64,000 bases of DNA from an uncultured delta proteobacterium (GCA_963765675.1 CAVXXK010000001.1:1376001-1440000), one strand, 5' to 3'. Positions 1-9,898 are shown, counted from the first letter of the stretch. The notes: generated by a model from the sequence alone, not told the origin. Made by a program: numbers and translations.

Positions 1-123
1 ATGGGCAATCTGGGAAGGCCGCGAATGCGCTCGCGCGTGCGACGCCTACCTGATGGGCGAGACGTTCCTGCCGACCAGCCCCGAACTGTAGCGCGGCGCG
101 GGCGCTCCAGGAGCCTACGCGCG

Positions 124-729
124 ATGATCAAACTTTACGACTATCTGCCGTCCGGCAATGCCTACAAGGTCCGCCTTCTGCTGACTCAGCTCGGCGTCCC
201 TTTCGAGCGAATCGAACTCGACATCGTGAAGGGCGAGACTCGAACGCCGGAGTTTCTCGCCAAGTTTCCCAACGGGCGAATTCCCGCGGTCGAGTTTGAA
301 GACGGACGCCGCCTGTTCGAATCCAACGCGATTCTCTGGTACTTGGCCGAGGGCACGCCGATGCTGCCCGCCCATCCCTTCGCACGCGCGCGAGGGCTCC
401 AGTGGCTATTCTTCGAGCAATACAGTCACGAACCGTTCATCGCGGTCGCGCGATTTCTCGCGATGTATCCGCAGGCCCCCGACGAGCGCCGGGCGAGCCT
501 CGCGCGAATCATGAAGCTCGGTTACGACGCACTCGGCGTCATGGAAGCGCATCTGAATTCGCGTGAGTGGTTCACGGACGGAAAATATTCGATCGCCGAT
601 ATCGCTCTCTACGCGTACACGCACGTGGCGGGCGAGGGCGGCTACGACTTGTCCGCGTACCCGGCTATTCGTGCATGGCTCGCGCGGGTGAGCGCTCAGC
701 CCAAGCACATCCCGATCACACGAGCGTGA
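124..729 (+). CDS. Glutathione S-transferase family protein
   Basis: MIKLYDYLPSGNAYKVRL N-terminus, PNGRIP..FESNAIL GST motif, SIADIALY C-terminal motif; start trimmed to ATG 124. Confidence 0.9.
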   Translation: MIKLYDYLPSGNAYKVRLLLTQLGVPFERIELDIVKGETRTPEFLAKFPNGRIPAVEFEDGRRLFESNAILWYLAEGTPMLPAHPFARARGLQWLFFEQYSHEPFIAVARFLAMYPQAPDERRASLARIMKLGYDALGVMEAHLNSREWFTDGKYSIADIALYAYTHVAGEGGYDLSAYPAIRAWLARVSAQPKHIPITRA

Positions 730-1345
730 CGGCAACTAGCGCCGAAGGCCCATTGTTGTCGAGCTTCTTCATCACCCATTCGATTCGATCCTCACCCCAG
801 AACGGCTCGCCCTCGACAATAAATGTAGGCACGCCGAATATGCTATCGCGATCGGCTTCTGCAAAGCACGCATCGAGGTCGCTGCGCGCGCCGCTATCGG
901 CGTAACGCGCGAACTCGCTCGTGTCGAGACCGACCTCGTTAATCACGGCGCCAATCGCGCCCCGATCCTCGACGTCCAGCTCGGCCCGCCAGAAGCGCTC
1001 GAACACGCGGTCGGAGTATTCACGGAAGCGTCCTCCGCGTTCCGCGAACAATCCGCCATAGAAGGCGATGCGGCAACTGAAAATCTTTTTCGGCGGAAAA
1101 ATGACGAGTCCGCGCTCCTTCGCGATCCTCCGCGCGTCGATATACAGATACCGAACCTTGCGCCGATCTGCGTCGGCATTGTCGAGGTTGCCGTAGGTCT
1201 TCCGGATGTTGACGCCATAGGGAATGAAGCGCACGCGCACGCGATGCGACCGCTCGAGCGCATACGCCGGCGCCATCGCGAGGTACGTGAACGGACTCGT
1301 GTACGCGAAGTAAAACTTGATTTCGAGTTCGTCCGCCGCGTCCAC
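716..1345 (-). CDS. DsbA-family 2-hydroxychromene-2-carboxylate isomerase (kappa-GST-like)
   Basis: FYFAYTSPFTY and FGVPTF..GEPFWGEDR motifs. Confidence 0.85.
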   Translation of the reverse strand: MDAADELEIKFYFAYTSPFTYLAMAPAYALERSHRVRVRFIPYGVNIRKTYGNLDNADADRRKVRYLYIDARRIAKERGLVIFPPKKIFSCRIAFYGGLFAERGGRFREYSDRVFERFWRAELDVEDRGAIGAVINEVGLDTSEFARYADSGARSDLDACFAEADRDSIFGVPTFIVEGEPFWGEDRIEWVMKKLDNNGPSALVAVTLV

Positions 1346-1354
1346 AGGATTTCC

Positions 1355-1744
1355 TCAGCGCGCGAGCAATGATTCGTACTCCGCCGCGCGTGCTAGTTTG
1401 CGATCGAAGGTTGCCAAAGGGCATTTCAAGCGACGCGCGAGGAACAGATAGGAAGCATCATAAATCGTCAGTTCCGCTTCGAGGGCAACGTTCAAAATCT
1501 GTTGCGTGGAGACGCGAACGAGCCGGATCGGCAGGCGCAATGCGTCGTGCAGATTGTCGCGAATCGTTTGGTTCGCCGCGCTGCTGAGATTTAGTTTGTG
1601 CAAAGCGACGCTGGCGAGTTCATATCGGAGAATATCTGGCGCGAATAACGTCTGTCCCCTAAGCAGAGTCTCTGCCTCGGCGGCCCGCGGCTCGACGAAA
1701 AAACGCGCGGCGAGGACTGACGCGTCAACGACTCGCGCGCGCAT
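1355..1744 (-). CDS. vapC: PIN-domain toxin, VapC/FitB family
   Basis: VVDASV, YELAS, IYDASY and TFDRKL acidic PIN motifs; start at ATG 1744 overlapping the antitoxin. Confidence 0.85.
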   Translation of the reverse strand: MRARVVDASVLAARFFVEPRAAEAETLLRGQTLFAPDILRYELASVALHKLNLSSAANQTIRDNLHDALRLPIRLVRVSTQQILNVALEAELTIYDASYLFLARRLKCPLATFDRKLARAAEYESLLAR

Positions 1745-1955
1745 CGCGATCGCGACGGATGATGTCAGTCGCTTCGTCGGGAGTGCGCAGGCCCCTACGA
1801 TCCACGCGCTCGAGCGCTTCTTCGAGATCGAGAGTGGCTGCTTCGGTCTCGAGAATCGAGAGCAACTCACCTTGTAGCGATCTATGATTAGCCTTGGCGC
1901 GGGCGCGCAGGCGCCGGACCAACTTGCTGGGAACTTTTTTTATCGACAGATTCAC
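1725..1955 (-). CDS. Ribbon-helix-helix antitoxin, FitA/Arc family
   Basis: NLSIKKVP..LRARAKANHRSLQGELLSIL is a FitA-like RHH signature; overlaps the PIN gene. Confidence 0.85.
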   Translation of the reverse strand: MNLSIKKVPSKLVRRLRARAKANHRSLQGELLSILETEAATLDLEEALERVDRRGLRTPDEATDIIRRDRDARASR

Positions 1956-1999
1956 CAGTCACGAATGCTCCAAAATGGCTCCGTTACAGAACCATCGTA

Positions 2000-3283
2000 T
2001 CATGGCCGTTTTTCAGCCGCCATCACCATCGCGAGGAAGTCCGCCAGATGCATCACGCGCGTGTTCGAGCCGCGGCGGCGGAGTTCGGCGGCGATTTGGA
2101 ACTCGCAGCCCGGGTTCGCGAGGATGACGTAATCGGCGCCGGTCGCGGCGATGTTTTCCGCCTTTCGCTGCGCGAGCGCCCGCGCCATCGCGGGCTCGGT
2201 CAGGTTGTAGCTGCCGGCGCTGCCGCAACACATGTCGGATTCGGGAAGCTCGATTAGGTCGAGACCGGGAATCGAGCGCAACAGTCTACGGGGCGCTTCG
2301 CGCACGCCCATCCCGTGCGCCAGATGACATGCGTCGTGATAGGTGACGGTGCATCGGAACTCAGGCATCACGAATCGCTCACTCGCCAGCAGCAACGCGC
2401 TCAGGTCAGTGATTTTTTCTGCGATCGCGCGCGCCTCGCTGGCCAGTTCCGCATCATCCCTCAGCAGAAGTCCATACTCGGCGAGCGCGGTTGAGCATCC
2501 CGACGCGGCAGACACGATCGAATCCGCGGCGCTGCGGATGATCGCGCGCACGTTGGCGCGCGCGAATTCGAGAGCGCGCTCGCGATTGCCCGAATGAAGG
2601 TCCAGCGCGCCGCAGCATGCAGTATGTTCGAGATGTGCGACGCGATAACCCGCGGCCATCAGCAACCGCTCGGTGTTGATGTTCTCTGAATCAGCAAGTA
2701 CCTGCGTTACGCATCCCCGATGCACGAGCACCGTCGCCGCATCTGGCGGCGGCTCTGTGAGCGGTTGCGCCAGGATGGCGCCGGCCTGAGACTGCGTCGG
2801 GAGCAACTCCAGCCATCCGCGAATCGAGCGCGGCAGGATCGCTTCGAGCGCGGGGCGAAGCCCCAGAAATTCGAGTAGCCGGAGCGGCGCGAGAATCGTC
2901 CGGAGCCGCGTCGGGTAGGGAAAGATCGCGCCGATCATGCGGCGCTTGAATGCGTCGAGCGGGCTGCGGGAATAATTTGCTTCGACAAATGTTCGTGAGT
3001 CTTCGATTAGGCGGCCGTAATGCACTCCTGACGGGCACGCGGTTTCGCACCCGCGGCACCCGAGGCACAAGTCGAGATGCCGTGCCACGTCGGCGTCGAG
3101 TTCGAGGCGTCCTTCGGCCAGCGCCTTCATCAAGTAAATTCGTCCGCGTGGCGAGTCCATTTCCGAGCGCGAGATCGCGTAAGTTGGACACGCTTCCAGG
3201 CAGAGCCCGCAGTGGACGCAATCAAAGAGCAATTCGTAATCCACCACGTTGCGGACCGGTTGCGAGGGCGAATCGGATGCCAT
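2000..3283 (-). CDS. glcF: Glycolate oxidase iron-sulfur subunit
   Basis: CVHCGLCLEACP and CLGCRGCETACP ferredoxin motifs, two CCG domains (CCGA, YHDACH, CCGSAG); downstream of glcDE. Confidence 0.88.
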   Translation of the reverse strand: MASDSPSQPVRNVVDYELLFDCVHCGLCLEACPTYAISRSEMDSPRGRIYLMKALAEGRLELDADVARHLDLCLGCRGCETACPSGVHYGRLIEDSRTFVEANYSRSPLDAFKRRMIGAIFPYPTRLRTILAPLRLLEFLGLRPALEAILPRSIRGWLELLPTQSQAGAILAQPLTEPPPDAATVLVHRGCVTQVLADSENINTERLLMAAGYRVAHLEHTACCGALDLHSGNRERALEFARANVRAIIRSAADSIVSAASGCSTALAEYGLLLRDDAELASEARAIAEKITDLSALLLASERFVMPEFRCTVTYHDACHLAHGMGVREAPRRLLRSIPGLDLIELPESDMCCGSAGSYNLTEPAMARALAQRKAENIAATGADYVILANPGCEFQIAAELRRRGSNTRVMHLADFLAMVMAAEKRP

Positions 3284-4542
3284 CAGATTCCCCCGACGAA
3301 GCATCCCGGGTTGAAAATTCCGGAAGTATCGAACGCAGCCTTCATCGCGCGCATCAGTTTGAGCGCGCCGTTGTTGGGAGAATCGAAATACTGGATTGCG
3401 GTGCGAATCTCCCGTGCCGCATGCAATACGCGGAGATGACCACGCGCGCCGCGTGCAAGCTCGCGCCATCGGAGAATCGTGGCGGATGCCGCATCCGCCG
3501 AGAGCGAGTTGCCCGGCATGATTTGCGCGATTCCCGAACCTGCATGTGCGCGAAACTCCGCGCCACAGTCGTCGAGCACTTGCGCCAATTCGGCCGGTGG
3601 CACCGCGATCTGTGCCGCCAGGTCGGCCGAGCCGAAATCGAAATCACGCAGCGCGCAGTACTTGCTCATAGCCTCGGCTCCGGCGAGAAGTTCGATCGAG
3701 CCGGCAAGGCTGCGCGCAGTAGTATCGCGCAGGTAATCCACTTCGGCGCGCGTTCCGGAAAATCCCACCCAAAGGAAACACCCCGGTGCCAAGCCGAGCG
3801 CCGCGCTGACTTGCGGGCTCGTGATTTCAAGATGTGCGAAGGGTGCCGCGTCGAGGAGTGCGCGTGCGGCGGCAAACGCGTTTGTGGCGTCTGGCAGCGG
3901 CGCGATTGCGAGAGTGTAGTTGCCCGCAATCGGCCGCACCTTGAATGCTACTTCCGTGATTATTCCCAGCGTGCCGAACGAGCCATTCATCAGCTTCATC
4001 AAATCATAGCCGGCGACGTTCTTGACCACCCGCCCGCCGCTGCGAATCGTATGGCCGCCGTGGCCGACGTATTGAATTCCGATCAACAAATCGCGCGCGG
4101 TCCCTTCCGACAGCCGAAGCGGACCGGCGTGATGCGCCGCGATCATCGCGCCGAGCGTCGTCGCCTCCGGATTTCGAGGATCGACGGGCAGGCGCTGTGC
4201 TGAGGGCGCGATCGCCGAGTTCAGAGAGGCGACGGATATTCCCGGCTCCGCTACGATCGTCATGTCGTGAGGCTCGTAGGCGATGATTCGCGCCATCCGT
4301 TCGAGCGAAAGTCCGATCGCGACGGGAGTGCGCCGAATCTCCGACAGCGTGCGCCCTGCGCCGATCGCCGCAACCGAAATCCGGTCGGCTTCGCACTTGC
4401 GGACGATCTCCGCGATCTCGGAGGTGTCGATTGGCTCTGCGATCACCGTCGCGGCGCCGGTCTCGATTCCGCGCGGTGCGCGAATACGATCGCTGCCGAC
4501 AAATGAGGCGAACTGGTTTGCGATCTTGGCGGTGTCCGTCAC
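3283..4542 (-). CDS. glcE: Glycolate oxidase FAD-binding subunit
   Basis: SGGRVVKNVAGYDLMKL..GSFGTLG and C-terminal FD..GIFNPG. Confidence 0.85.
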   Translation of the reverse strand: MTDTAKIANQFASFVGSDRIRAPRGIETGAATVIAEPIDTSEIAEIVRKCEADRISVAAIGAGRTLSEIRRTPVAIGLSLERMARIIAYEPHDMTIVAEPGISVASLNSAIAPSAQRLPVDPRNPEATTLGAMIAAHHAGPLRLSEGTARDLLIGIQYVGHGGHTIRSGGRVVKNVAGYDLMKLMNGSFGTLGIITEVAFKVRPIAGNYTLAIAPLPDATNAFAAARALLDAAPFAHLEITSPQVSAALGLAPGCFLWVGFSGTRAEVDYLRDTTARSLAGSIELLAGAEAMSKYCALRDFDFGSADLAAQIAVPPAELAQVLDDCGAEFRAHAGSGIAQIMPGNSLSADAASATILRWRELARGARGHLRVLHAAREIRTAIQYFDSPNNGALKLMRAMKAAFDTSGIFNPGCFVGGI

Positions 4543-4551
4543 GAGCGAGCG

Positions 4552-6006
4552 TCAGATCGGCACTTGGCGATGCGGCGCCGAGACCTCGACGCATGCGCCT
4601 GGACGCGGAATTACTTTGTTGGGGTTCGAACGCTCCTGCGGATCGAACACGTGACGCAGTTCCGTCATCGCGATCAGATCGTCGGGTGAAAAGAGCAGCG
4701 GCATCTCGCCCTGTTTCTCGACGCCGATTCCATGCTCGCCGGTCAGGCTTCCGCCCATCGCGACGCATGCGGCCAGAATCTCGCGGCCGGCGTCGATCGC
4801 GGCGCGCACCTGCGCGGGCTCGCGCTCGTCATAAAGAACTATCGGATGAATATTGCCGTCGCCGGCGTGGAATACGTTTCCGATCGCCAGGCCGTACTTT
4901 TTGCTCACGCCGCTTATTACTCGCAGGATTTCAGGCAACCGCGTGCGCGGCACGACGCCGTCTTGCGTGGCGTAGTTCGGCGCCAGGCGTCCGACTGCAC
5001 CGAACGCGCGCTTGCGCGCCTTCCACAGAGCTGCGCGCTCAGCGTCATCGCGCGCAAGGCGGACCTCGCTCGCACCCGCGTCACGCGCGATCGACGTTAC
5101 GGCCGCTGCGTGTTCGTCGAGGGCCGCCGCAAGACCGTCAAGCTCGATGATCAGCACGGCGCCCGCGTCGACCGGGAGCCCTATGTTAAACGCTTCCTCG
5201 ACCGCCCGAATGATGAGTTGATCCATCATCTCGATCGCGCCGGGCACGATTCCCGCCGCGATAATCGCGGAGACCGCGCGCGTTGCCGCGTCGGCGTCGG
5301 CGAAGGTTGCGAGGAACGTGCGATGCGCCTGGGGCTCGCGCATGATTCTAAGCGTCGCCCGCGTCACGATTCCTGCGGTGCCCTCGGCGCCCACCACCGC
5401 GCCGACCAAGTCGTAGCCGCATCCTTCTTCGCACGCTCCGCCCAACTCGACGATCTCTCCCGACGCGAGCACCAGCGTCAGGCCCAGCACGTGATTGGTG
5501 GTGACGCCATACTTGAGCGTATGCGGTCCGCCGGAGTTCTCTGCGATATTGCCGCCGATCGTGCACGCCTGCTGCGAGGAAGGGTCCGGCGCGTAGAAAA
5601 ATCCCGCGCTCTTGACCGCGTTAGTAACGTGCAGATTGACGACGCCGCTTTCGACTTCGACGCGGCGGCTCGCGAGATCGATCGCGAGGATCCGATTCAT
5701 CCGCGAGGTGCAGATCATCACCGGCGCTTCGACCGGCAGCGCTCCGCCTGAGAGCCCGGTCCCTGCTCCCCGCGGGACGAAAGCGATCTTGCGCCGCCAC
5801 AGCGAGGCCAGGATCGCGCTGGTTTCCTCGGTCGTGCGCGGCATCACGAGCAAATCCGGCGCGCTCTTTTCGATCGTCCATCCGTCGCACTCGTAAACCT
5901 TGAGCTCCGACGGGTGCGACACGATCGCGCGCTCGCCGACGATTGCGCGCAACTCGTCGATCACGTTCGGGGCCAGCGCCGGCGCGATTTTGCCGTTGTC
6001 GCTCAC
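4552..6006 (-). CDS. glcD: Glycolate oxidase subunit GlcD (FAD-linked oxidase)
   Basis: PRGAGTGLSGG, APDPSSQ, ENSGGPH.LKYG, HAGDGNIH, GEHGIG motifs. Confidence 0.9.
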   Translation of the reverse strand: MSDNGKIAPALAPNVIDELRAIVGERAIVSHPSELKVYECDGWTIEKSAPDLLVMPRTTEETSAILASLWRRKIAFVPRGAGTGLSGGALPVEAPVMICTSRMNRILAIDLASRRVEVESGVVNLHVTNAVKSAGFFYAPDPSSQQACTIGGNIAENSGGPHTLKYGVTTNHVLGLTLVLASGEIVELGGACEEGCGYDLVGAVVGAEGTAGIVTRATLRIMREPQAHRTFLATFADADAATRAVSAIIAAGIVPGAIEMMDQLIIRAVEEAFNIGLPVDAGAVLIIELDGLAAALDEHAAAVTSIARDAGASEVRLARDDAERAALWKARKRAFGAVGRLAPNYATQDGVVPRTRLPEILRVISGVSKKYGLAIGNVFHAGDGNIHPIVLYDEREPAQVRAAIDAGREILAACVAMGGSLTGEHGIGVEKQGEMPLLFSPDDLIAMTELRHVFDPQERSNPNKVIPRPGACVEVSAPHRQVPI

Positions 6007-6139
6007 GAGCGGAACTCTACCATATGATGATGAATCGCGTCGCCGGCGCCATTTTCCCGGCGTGCGCGCCGCGCGATAATGTTACGGCACAATATTGATC
6101 ATCGATGCGCCTCGCGCGCTTCACAACGGGGAAACCAAT

Positions 6140-7321
6140 TTGGCTGATTCATTCTCTGAACTGAAACCGTCTGCGCGGATCCTGCTCGGTCCCGGTCCGT
6201 CCAACGTGCATCCGCGCGTGATGAAGGCGATGATGTCGCCGGTCGTCGGCCATCTCGATCCGGATTTCATCGCGGTGATGGAAGACCTGAAGAAGCTCCT
6301 GCGCGCCGTGTTCCGCACCGCCAACGAGCTGACTTTTCCCGCCTCGGGCACGGGCTCGGCCGGAATGGAAATGATCATGGCCAACCTGATCGAGGACGGC
6401 GACGAGGTGATCGTCGGCGTCAACGGCGCCTTCGGCGGGCGGCTCGCTGATTCGGCCGAGCGCCTGGGCGCGAAGGTTATCAAGGCGGAAGCGGAATGGG
6501 GGCGTATCGTTGAGGCCGACGCGGTCGAGCGCGCACTCAAGAGCGCGAAGAAGCCCAAGCTGGTCGCGATCGTTCACGCGGAAACCTCGACCGGAGTGCA
6601 TCAGCCGCTCGAAGAAATTTCGGCGCTGGCGCATCGCCACGGCGCTCTGATGGTCGCCGACGCGGTGACCTCGCTCGCGTGCGTGCCGGTCGAGATCGAT
6701 AAATGGAAAATTGACGCCTGCTATAGCTGCACGCAAAAAGGGCTGAGCGCGCCGCCGGGCCTCGCGCCGGTTACCTTCAGCGCGACTGCGATGGACGCGA
6801 TCAAGGCGCGCAAGACAAAATGCAGATCGTGGTATCTGGATCTCGGGATGATCGCGAACTACTGGGGCGAAAGCCGCGTCTACCATCACACCGCGCCGAT
6901 CACGATGAACTACGCGCTGTACGAGGCGCTGCGCGTCGTCGTCGAAGAGGGACTCGAGGCGCGATGGCAGCGGCATCGCACGAACGCCGCTGCGCTGCAC
7001 GCCGGATTTGCCGCGATGGGCCTCGCGCTGGTCGCGCAGGAGGGACGCCGCCTGCCGCAACTCTCGACCGTCGCGGTGCCGGAAGGAATCGACGAGGCGA
7101 AAGTGCGCACCACTCTGCTCAAGCATTACAATATCGAGATCGCGGCCGGGCTCGGACCGTTTCGCGGCAAGGTCTGGCGGGTCGGGTTGATGGGCGAAAG
7201 CTGCAGGCGCGAGAATGTGACGCTGCTGCTGGGCGCGCTCGAGCAGGTGCTCACCGGGATGGGTGCCGAAGTTCCGCGCGGCCGCGCGCTCGAGGCGGCG
7301 GACGCGGTGTACGGAAAATAG
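6140..7321 (+). CDS. Alanine/serine-glyoxylate aminotransferase (class V PLP)
   Basis: LLGPGPSNV, HAETSTG, DAVTS, TQKGLSAPPG, YHHTAP; probable TTG start at 6140. Confidence 0.9.
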   Translation: MADSFSELKPSARILLGPGPSNVHPRVMKAMMSPVVGHLDPDFIAVMEDLKKLLRAVFRTANELTFPASGTGSAGMEMIMANLIEDGDEVIVGVNGAFGGRLADSAERLGAKVIKAEAEWGRIVEADAVERALKSAKKPKLVAIVHAETSTGVHQPLEEISALAHRHGALMVADAVTSLACVPVEIDKWKIDACYSCTQKGLSAPPGLAPVTFSATAMDAIKARKTKCRSWYLDLGMIANYWGESRVYHHTAPITMNYALYEALRVVVEEGLEARWQRHRTNAAALHAGFAAMGLALVAQEGRRLPQLSTVAVPEGIDEAKVRTTLLKHYNIEIAAGLGPFRGKVWRVGLMGESCRRENVTLLLGALEQVLTGMGAEVPRGRALEAADAVYGK

Positions 7322-7360
7322 AATTCCAATTCCGATGAAAAACCGCACAGGAGACGTATC

Positions 7361-7969
7361 ATGAAGATCTACGATTTCAAGCTTGCGCCGAATCCGCGCC
7401 GGGTGCGGATTTTTCTCGCCGAAAAAGGCCTCAAGGTTCCGCTCGAGGAAATCGACATCATGAAGGGCGTCAACCGGCAGGCGCAGTTTCTCCGCATCAA
7501 CCCGCTCGGCGGAATTCCGGTCCTTGAACTCGACGACGGCCGCTACCTGGCGGAGAGCGTCGCGATCTGCCGCTACTTCGAGGAGCTGCATCCGGAGCCC
7601 GCGCTGTTCGGCAAGGAGGCGTTCGAGCGCGCGACGATCGAGATGTGGAATCGGCGGATGGAATTCGCGCTGTTCGTCCCGGTCGGGATGGTTTGGATTC
7701 ATCTGCATGAGCTGACCCGCGGACGCGTCAAGCAGATTCCGGAGGTCGGCCAGCAGCAGAAGGAAGTTGTCGAGATGCGCTACCGGTGGCTCGACGAGGA
7801 ATTCGGCCAGCGGCAGTTCATCGCCGGCGACAAGTTTACGATCGCCGACATCACTGCGATGGTCGCGATCGACTTTGCCAAGTTCAACAATATCTCGATC
7901 GCGCCCGAGTATAAGCATTTGCAGCGCTGGCACCAGGCGGTATCGGCGCGCCCGAGCGCGGCCGCATAG
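7361..7969 (+). CDS. Glutathione S-transferase family protein
   Basis: APNPRRVRIFLAEKG, INPLGGIPVLELDDG, ESVAICRY, TIADI; AGGAG SD upstream. Confidence 0.9.
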   Translation: MKIYDFKLAPNPRRVRIFLAEKGLKVPLEEIDIMKGVNRQAQFLRINPLGGIPVLELDDGRYLAESVAICRYFEELHPEPALFGKEAFERATIEMWNRRMEFALFVPVGMVWIHLHELTRGRVKQIPEVGQQQKEVVEMRYRWLDEEFGQRQFIAGDKFTIADITAMVAIDFAKFNNISIAPEYKHLQRWHQAVSARPSAAA

Positions 7970-7971
7970 CG

Positions 7972-8580
7972 ATGAAGCTGTACGATTTCACGCTCGCGCC
8001 GAGTCCGCGGCGGGTGCGGATTTTCCTGGCCGAGAAAGGAATCACGATTGCGCTCGAGCAGGTCGATATCATGCGCAACGCGAACCGCACGCCAAAGTTC
8101 TACCGGATGAACCCGCTCGGCTCGCTGCCGATCCTCGAGCTCGACGACGGATCGTACCTGAGCGAGAGCGTCGCGGTCTGCCGCTACTTCGAGGAACTGC
8201 ATCCAGAGCCCGCTCTGTTCGGCGTCGGCGCAAAGGAACAGGCGATCGTGGAGATGTGGAACCGGCGGGTCGAGCTATCGATCTTCGCGCCGGTCGGCCA
8301 CGTCTGGTCGCATCTGAGTCCCGTGTCGGAAGGACGTTCGAAACGGATAAGAGAGTTCGGATTGATCCAGCGCGATGCCGCGGCTGCTGGATTCGCGATG
8401 CTGGATCGCGCGCTCGGCGATAGTCAGTTTATCGCGGGCGCGCGATTCTCAATCGCGGATATCACCACGCTCTGTATGATCGATTTCGCGCGGACCGTCG
8501 ATATCACTATTCAGCCCGAGCAAAAGAATCTAGCGCGATGGTACACCGCCGTTTCGGCGCGCCCGAGCGCTGCGGCATAG
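7972..8580 (+). CDS. Glutathione S-transferase family protein (tandem paralogue)
   Basis: Same motifs and same length (202 aa) as the preceding gene. Confidence 0.9.
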   Translation: MKLYDFTLAPSPRRVRIFLAEKGITIALEQVDIMRNANRTPKFYRMNPLGSLPILELDDGSYLSESVAVCRYFEELHPEPALFGVGAKEQAIVEMWNRRVELSIFAPVGHVWSHLSPVSEGRSKRIREFGLIQRDAAAAGFAMLDRALGDSQFIAGARFSIADITTLCMIDFARTVDITIQPEQKNLARWYTAVSARPSAAA

Positions 8581-8588
8581 AATACCGT

Positions 8589-9785
8589 TCAGGGTATGAG
8601 CTGGTGGTAGTTGCGCTTGAAAGGCGGAGGGTTTTGGCGGAAAAATTCCTTGGATTCTGGTGAAGGCGGGCCGTTGCGTAGGCAGAGGTCATATGACCTC
8701 CCTTGCCCCAGCGGTCCCGTTGCGATGCCTAGGACAACGGTCGCATTGAATTCTACCTGCGTTGCTTCAACGAGGTACGGAAGATGATGCACCCGTCGCT
8801 CTCGGGGCTCATCGGAGACAAGAAACAAAAATGCCACGCCGAGCGCCCGTCGGAAGTAGGGTATCCAATGAACCTGCTTATCATGAGCTGCGGCTTCGCA
8901 GGTCTCCACTAATAACTTTCCCGCTGCGATCCTTCGGTTCCTGTCGAGCCAAGCCAACGGAGTCGCGATCTGTGCCAACTCAGAGGGAGACACCCGCGAA
9001 TTCCAAGGTAACGAAAAATCGCCATCATGGATGTGGGCGATAATGTCGTCTATAGCCTGACTGTATCGCCAGTCGGGAAGGGTTTTTATAACGCCGAAAG
9101 CAGTCGACCGAAAAAGCCTAACAGTTCGTTCCAACACCTCATCGGTGATCTCCGGCTTGTACAGCTTCATGAGGTCACCAATTCGATCCGCAACCTTTTC
9201 AATAGTGACGTTTTCGGCGTGAACCTTGCGATCCAGGTATGAGCGCATGTCGTAGCGGAACTCTAAGTACGGGATGAAATCGCCAGCCGTATCGAACCGG
9301 TCCATCAACATAAGGAAATCGATCAGCGAAAGCACATGGACTGGGAAATCGAATCTGCTTAGCTCGGGAACTATCTCCTCAGCGGCGAAAGGTTTCGTGT
9401 CAGTAGGTTGGGCTAAAATGATTAGGCCTATTCTGCTTTGATACTGACCAGCGTTGAACGGCACTTTTCCAAAAAGAGGGTTCTCAAGCTCACGTATGCT
9501 TCCGCCGAACATCATGCGATTGGTGTGCTGGAGTTGCTTTGCCGCTTTCTTTAGTTCCTTTCTGGCCCAAAGAAGCGGATCACGAGAAGAAAACTGCGCC
9601 TTGATCTGCACCATCATCGCTACGTCATCAAACAGCACGACGGCGTCCCCTAGCTCGCCCTTACCTCCGCGCTCAGGCGGATTTCGATACACAAAATCAA
9701 GGAAAAAGGTACGCTCCAGAACCCACTGAGCAATTGCTTCTTGATATTTACCCGGATCACCGCCGCCTTCAGGCGGTGGTGTCAT
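8589..9785 (-). CDS. Hypothetical protein with N-terminal PD-(D/E)xK/NERD-like nuclease motif
   Basis: About 400-aa ORF, visibly AT-richer than its neighbours; E...ELGD-x12-QIK pattern; alternative start 9818. Confidence 0.6.
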   Translation of the reverse strand: MTPPPEGGGDPGKYQEAIAQWVLERTFFLDFVYRNPPERGGKGELGDAVVLFDDVAMMVQIKAQFSSRDPLLWARKELKKAAKQLQHTNRMMFGGSIRELENPLFGKVPFNAGQYQSRIGLIILAQPTDTKPFAAEEIVPELSRFDFPVHVLSLIDFLMLMDRFDTAGDFIPYLEFRYDMRSYLDRKVHAENVTIEKVADRIGDLMKLYKPEITDEVLERTVRLFRSTAFGVIKTLPDWRYSQAIDDIIAHIHDGDFSLPWNSRVSPSELAQIATPLAWLDRNRRIAAGKLLVETCEAAAHDKQVHWIPYFRRALGVAFLFLVSDEPRERRVHHLPYLVEATQVEFNATVVLGIATGPLGQGRSYDLCLRNGPPSPESKEFFRQNPPPFKRNYHQLIP

Positions 9786-9898
9786 TGCGAAGCGACCATG
9801 CGGAACGATTATCGCCATTTGCTTAAGGTCGGCGGAGATCGCCGGAAATCTCGATCCGATTTCTTGACCGCACCTTCTACGTGCGGAATGGTCCTCGA

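Noticed and set aside
6149-7933. Long antisense ORFs (also 10883-12541, 13416-14717, 33191-34861, 40066-41766, 43171-44490, 51560-52900, 58050-59168)
   Set aside because: Shadow frames opposite well-supported genes, expected in high-GC DNA; no family motifs.
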